A stretch of DNA of 53,132 nt. It comes from an uncultured Clostridium sp. (lineage in GTDB: Bacteria; Bacillota; Clostridia; TANB77; CAG-508). Positions 50,625 to 53,132 of the stretch are shown here, piece by piece. Positions within the stretch are counted from its first letter, which is position 1. Each line of letters opens with the position of its first letter. The notes under the pieces are model-generated. The model saw nothing but the letters and a program-made list of their open reading frames with translations. It made no database searches and was not told the origin of the DNA. A program made the translations under genes and the position numbers. The stretch spans positions 1 through 53,132 of the forward strand of contig CANSOY010000004.1 in assembly GCA_947648765.1 (NCBI GenBank), in the 5' to 3' direction.

Positions 50625-52196
50625 TATAGTTTACCTATAACATCATATCTGTAATTTATAAATATTTGATTATCTTTATTTATTTCAATATTGTATAAAA
50701 GTTCAGATAATTTTTCTGATGTCCAATCTTCAATATTTTTTAATTTTGAAATGATTTCTAATAATTCATCTTTACTTATTGTTGGTTTTTCTTCTCTCTG
50801 TTTTATAAGTTTGTTTATTTCAGATTTTAAAGTATTTCTTCTTTCTACTTCAGATTGATAGAATCTTCTGTAATCTTCTTCTTCAATAATATTGTTTGAA
50901 TAATCTTCATATAAAGAACTTATAGCTGTGTCTGTTTTTGATAATTTTTGATTTAACATCTTTATTTGGTTATCTAATACATAGGTAGTTGATTTTTCAA
51001 ATTCTTTAAGTGTTATTTCTTCAAGTCTTTCATTATTAATAATATTATTAACTTTTTTTGTTATACTTGAAGTAATAATATTTCTTAAAACTTCTTCCTT
51101 AATTGATTTACTTTTTCTTTCACATTCTCTATTTTTACCTTTTTTCAAAGAACAACTACATACTATTATTTTACTTCTTATATTGCCGTAATTATCTCTT
51201 TTTATTTTTAAGGTCATTTTATTGCCACATTCTTTACAATATACTAATCCATTTAATAGCCATTCAAACTTATTATTGTTCTTAGCCTTTTTTCGTAAAT
51301 TTATTTTAACTTGTACTCTATCAAAAAGTGCTTTATCAATTATAGCCTCGTGTGTATTTAATGCAATTTTCCAATCATCTCTAGGCACAAGTTTTACTTT
51401 TTTAGACTTATAACTTAAATTAAGTTTCTTTCCATATTCAGTATTTCCAATATAATATTGACTTTGTAAAATTCTTTTTACAGCCTCACTTCTCCAATTA
51501 TACTCTGAGCCACTCTTAGAATTTCCATAGTCATAATAACCGAGGGCAATATATTTTTTCCTTTTTTAATGTATCTGCAATATATTTATAAGTTTTACCA
51601 TTATCAAACATAGTAAATATTCTTTTTACTATCATAGCTCTTTCAGGCACTATTATTAAATGATTCTTGTCCTTCGGATCTTTTCTATACCCATAAGGAG
51701 CAAGCGAGGCTAAAAATAAACCTTTATCTTTCCTAGCCCAAACACTACTTTTTACTTTTCTTGAAATGTCTTTACTATACCAATCATTTATTAAAGTTTT
51801 GAATTGTATCATATCATTATTAGAATTTTTTATGTATGTATCAACATTATCTAAAACTGAAATATATCTTATATTGTTTTCTAAAAAGTATTTTTCTATA
51901 TAAAAATTTGCCTCAAAGCTATTTCTTGAAAGTCTTGATAAATCCTTTGTAATAATAGCATTTATTAAACCTTTTTCACAATCTGCTAACATTCTTTGAA
52001 ATGAAGGTCTATCAGTATTTAACCCTGTATAACCATCATCAATGTAAAAATCAATTAACTCAAATTCTTCTCCTAGTTCTTCTACTTTTCGTGTAATTAT
52101 ACTTCTCTGACTACTTATACTATCACTTTCTTCTTTATCGCCATCCTCTCTTGATAATCTTAAATATCCTGCTACTTTATATAAACTATTACTCAA
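50624..52196 (-). CDS. Large serine recombinase, 523 aa, requiring one +1 shift at CGG (51542)
   Basis: YLRLSRED..SISSQR, DDGYTG..RPSF, KDLSRLSR; join KIYCP-G-YYDYG...WRSEAVKRILQSQLYIG...PRDDW..THEAII; TAATG overlap with the next recombinase. Confidence 0.9.
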
Positions 52197-52296
52197 ATTA
52201 GTTGCCCTCCTTTCAAAAGAATAACAACTAATCTTTTGCAGTTATTCATATTATATAGTATTTATTTATAAAATCCAAACCCAAAAAAGAAAGCTG

Positions 52297-52434
52297 TTAT
52301 CGTATTTTCTCGTTAATTTTTTCTAAAGCATATCTAACAAAAATGTCATAAATATTATCATTGCTTGTATTTTCTTTAGTTTGTGTTATTACAATATACT
52401 CTTGACCTTCAATGTTATAAACTTCTCTTTCCAT
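52297..52434 (-). CDS. Small 45-aa protein upstream of the recombinases (candidate recombination directionality factor)
   Basis: RBS TAGGAG; MEREVYNIEGQEYIVITQTKENTSNDNIYDIFVRYALEKINEKIR. The role is inferred from position only. Confidence 0.55.
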   Translation of the reverse strand: MEREVYNIEGQEYIVITQTKENTSNDNIYDIFVRYALEKINEKIR

Positions 52435-52489
52435 TCTCAATTACTCCTAAATTAAGAATATTAAAAATAAAAAAAAATATTACTGAAAT

Positions 52490-52723
52490 TTATAGCTTTG
52501 AATCTAATTTTTCAGTAATACTATATGCAAGAGAAGTAGCATCTTGACCTTCGTATATTTTCATAACAACATCAATTTCTTCAACTACATTATTTATAAT
52601 TTTCTTTTTTTCTTCTTCAGTAAAGTTACTATTGCTTATTAATAAATTTCTCAAAGCAATAGCAGTATAAGATTTTGCTTGCCTTCTTGTTAATGTATTA
52701 ATTTTATATTTGTGTTTTTCCAT
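52490..52723 (-). CDS. Hypothetical protein of the element
   Basis: RBS AAGGAGGT before MEKHKYK. Confidence 0.65.
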   Translation of the reverse strand: MEKHKYKINTLTRRQAKSYTAIALRNLLISNSNFTEEEKKKIINNVVEEIDVVMKIYEGQDATSLAYSITEKLDSKL

Positions 52724-53132
52724 CAAAATTACCTCCTTCATTTATAACTGAAAAATAGTTACAAGTGAAATTAGTATCTTTCTCATAGGTATTTCTACCT
52801 CTCCGTTTACAACCGAGCAACTCCTCTGGCATCACACCTAAGCCGAGCTGAAGTATCATTATGGCTAATATGGATCATCGCCAACACAAATTTACCAATC
52901 TTTGCTTTTTCCCTCGTTATAGTCGCTATTTATTAAAATCATAACATTCGCCTTCTTGGAGCTTGCCATATTAGTTAAAGTACTTGTAACTAATATATTA
53001 AATTGTCAATGTGCATAGCTTTTTTTGTTGCTACACACATAGGCGAATTTTTTTAATAAAACTTACCGACTTTTTTTTAATTTTTTAAATTTTTTTGAAA
53101 TATTTAAAATTTTCAATATCTTTTATAATTTT

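Larger units (their letters stand above)
49079..53132 (-). mobile_element. AT-rich integrative element with tandem large serine recombinases, inserted in cwlD; continues beyond the right edge
   Basis: Abrupt compositional shift near 49090; recombinase stop lies about 30 bp from the cwlD break point. Confidence 0.8.

Noticed and set aside
18040-51542. Frameshifts as homopolymer or long-read errors
   Set aside because: Most sites are not in homopolymers, the many long A/T runs in other genes are unbroken, and all seven share one codon and one phase. Not fully excluded without raw reads.
1-53132. tRNA, rRNA, CRISPR arrays or IS transposases
   Set aside because: None recognisable in the window, so the decoding factor behind the CGG pattern cannot be identified here.

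Overview
Chromosomal window from a low-GC, spore-forming Clostridia-like bacterium (inferred from yunB, a SipL/SPOCS gene, veg, yabG, yqfC/yqfD and cwlD; the prepilin-like proteins suggest an uncultured gut lineage, low confidence). Most genes lie on the minus strand and cover housekeeping (rimO, ybeY, dgkA, pdp, rnhB, htrA, a MATE pump, an acyl-CoA synthetase), several toxin-antitoxin modules, a roughly 2,700-aa cyclic beta-1,2-glucan synthase-like gene and a sortase-anchored C1 protease. At the right end an AT-rich element with two large serine recombinases interrupts cwlD. The main observation: four unrelated genes (hicA twice, yqfD twice, the glucan synthase twice, a serine recombinase once) are each broken by an apparent +1 frameshift, and at all seven breaks the 0-frame codon is CGG. 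Skipping the C gives a Gly codon (C-GGA or C-GGT) and restores a full-length, family-typical protein. A manual scan found no in-frame CGG in any other recognisable gene here; two occur in unrecognised ORFs. This points to lineage-wide recoding of CGG(N) as a four-base Gly unit, or obligatory +1 frameshifting at CGG, rather than random pseudogenisation. It remains an inference from DNA alone.
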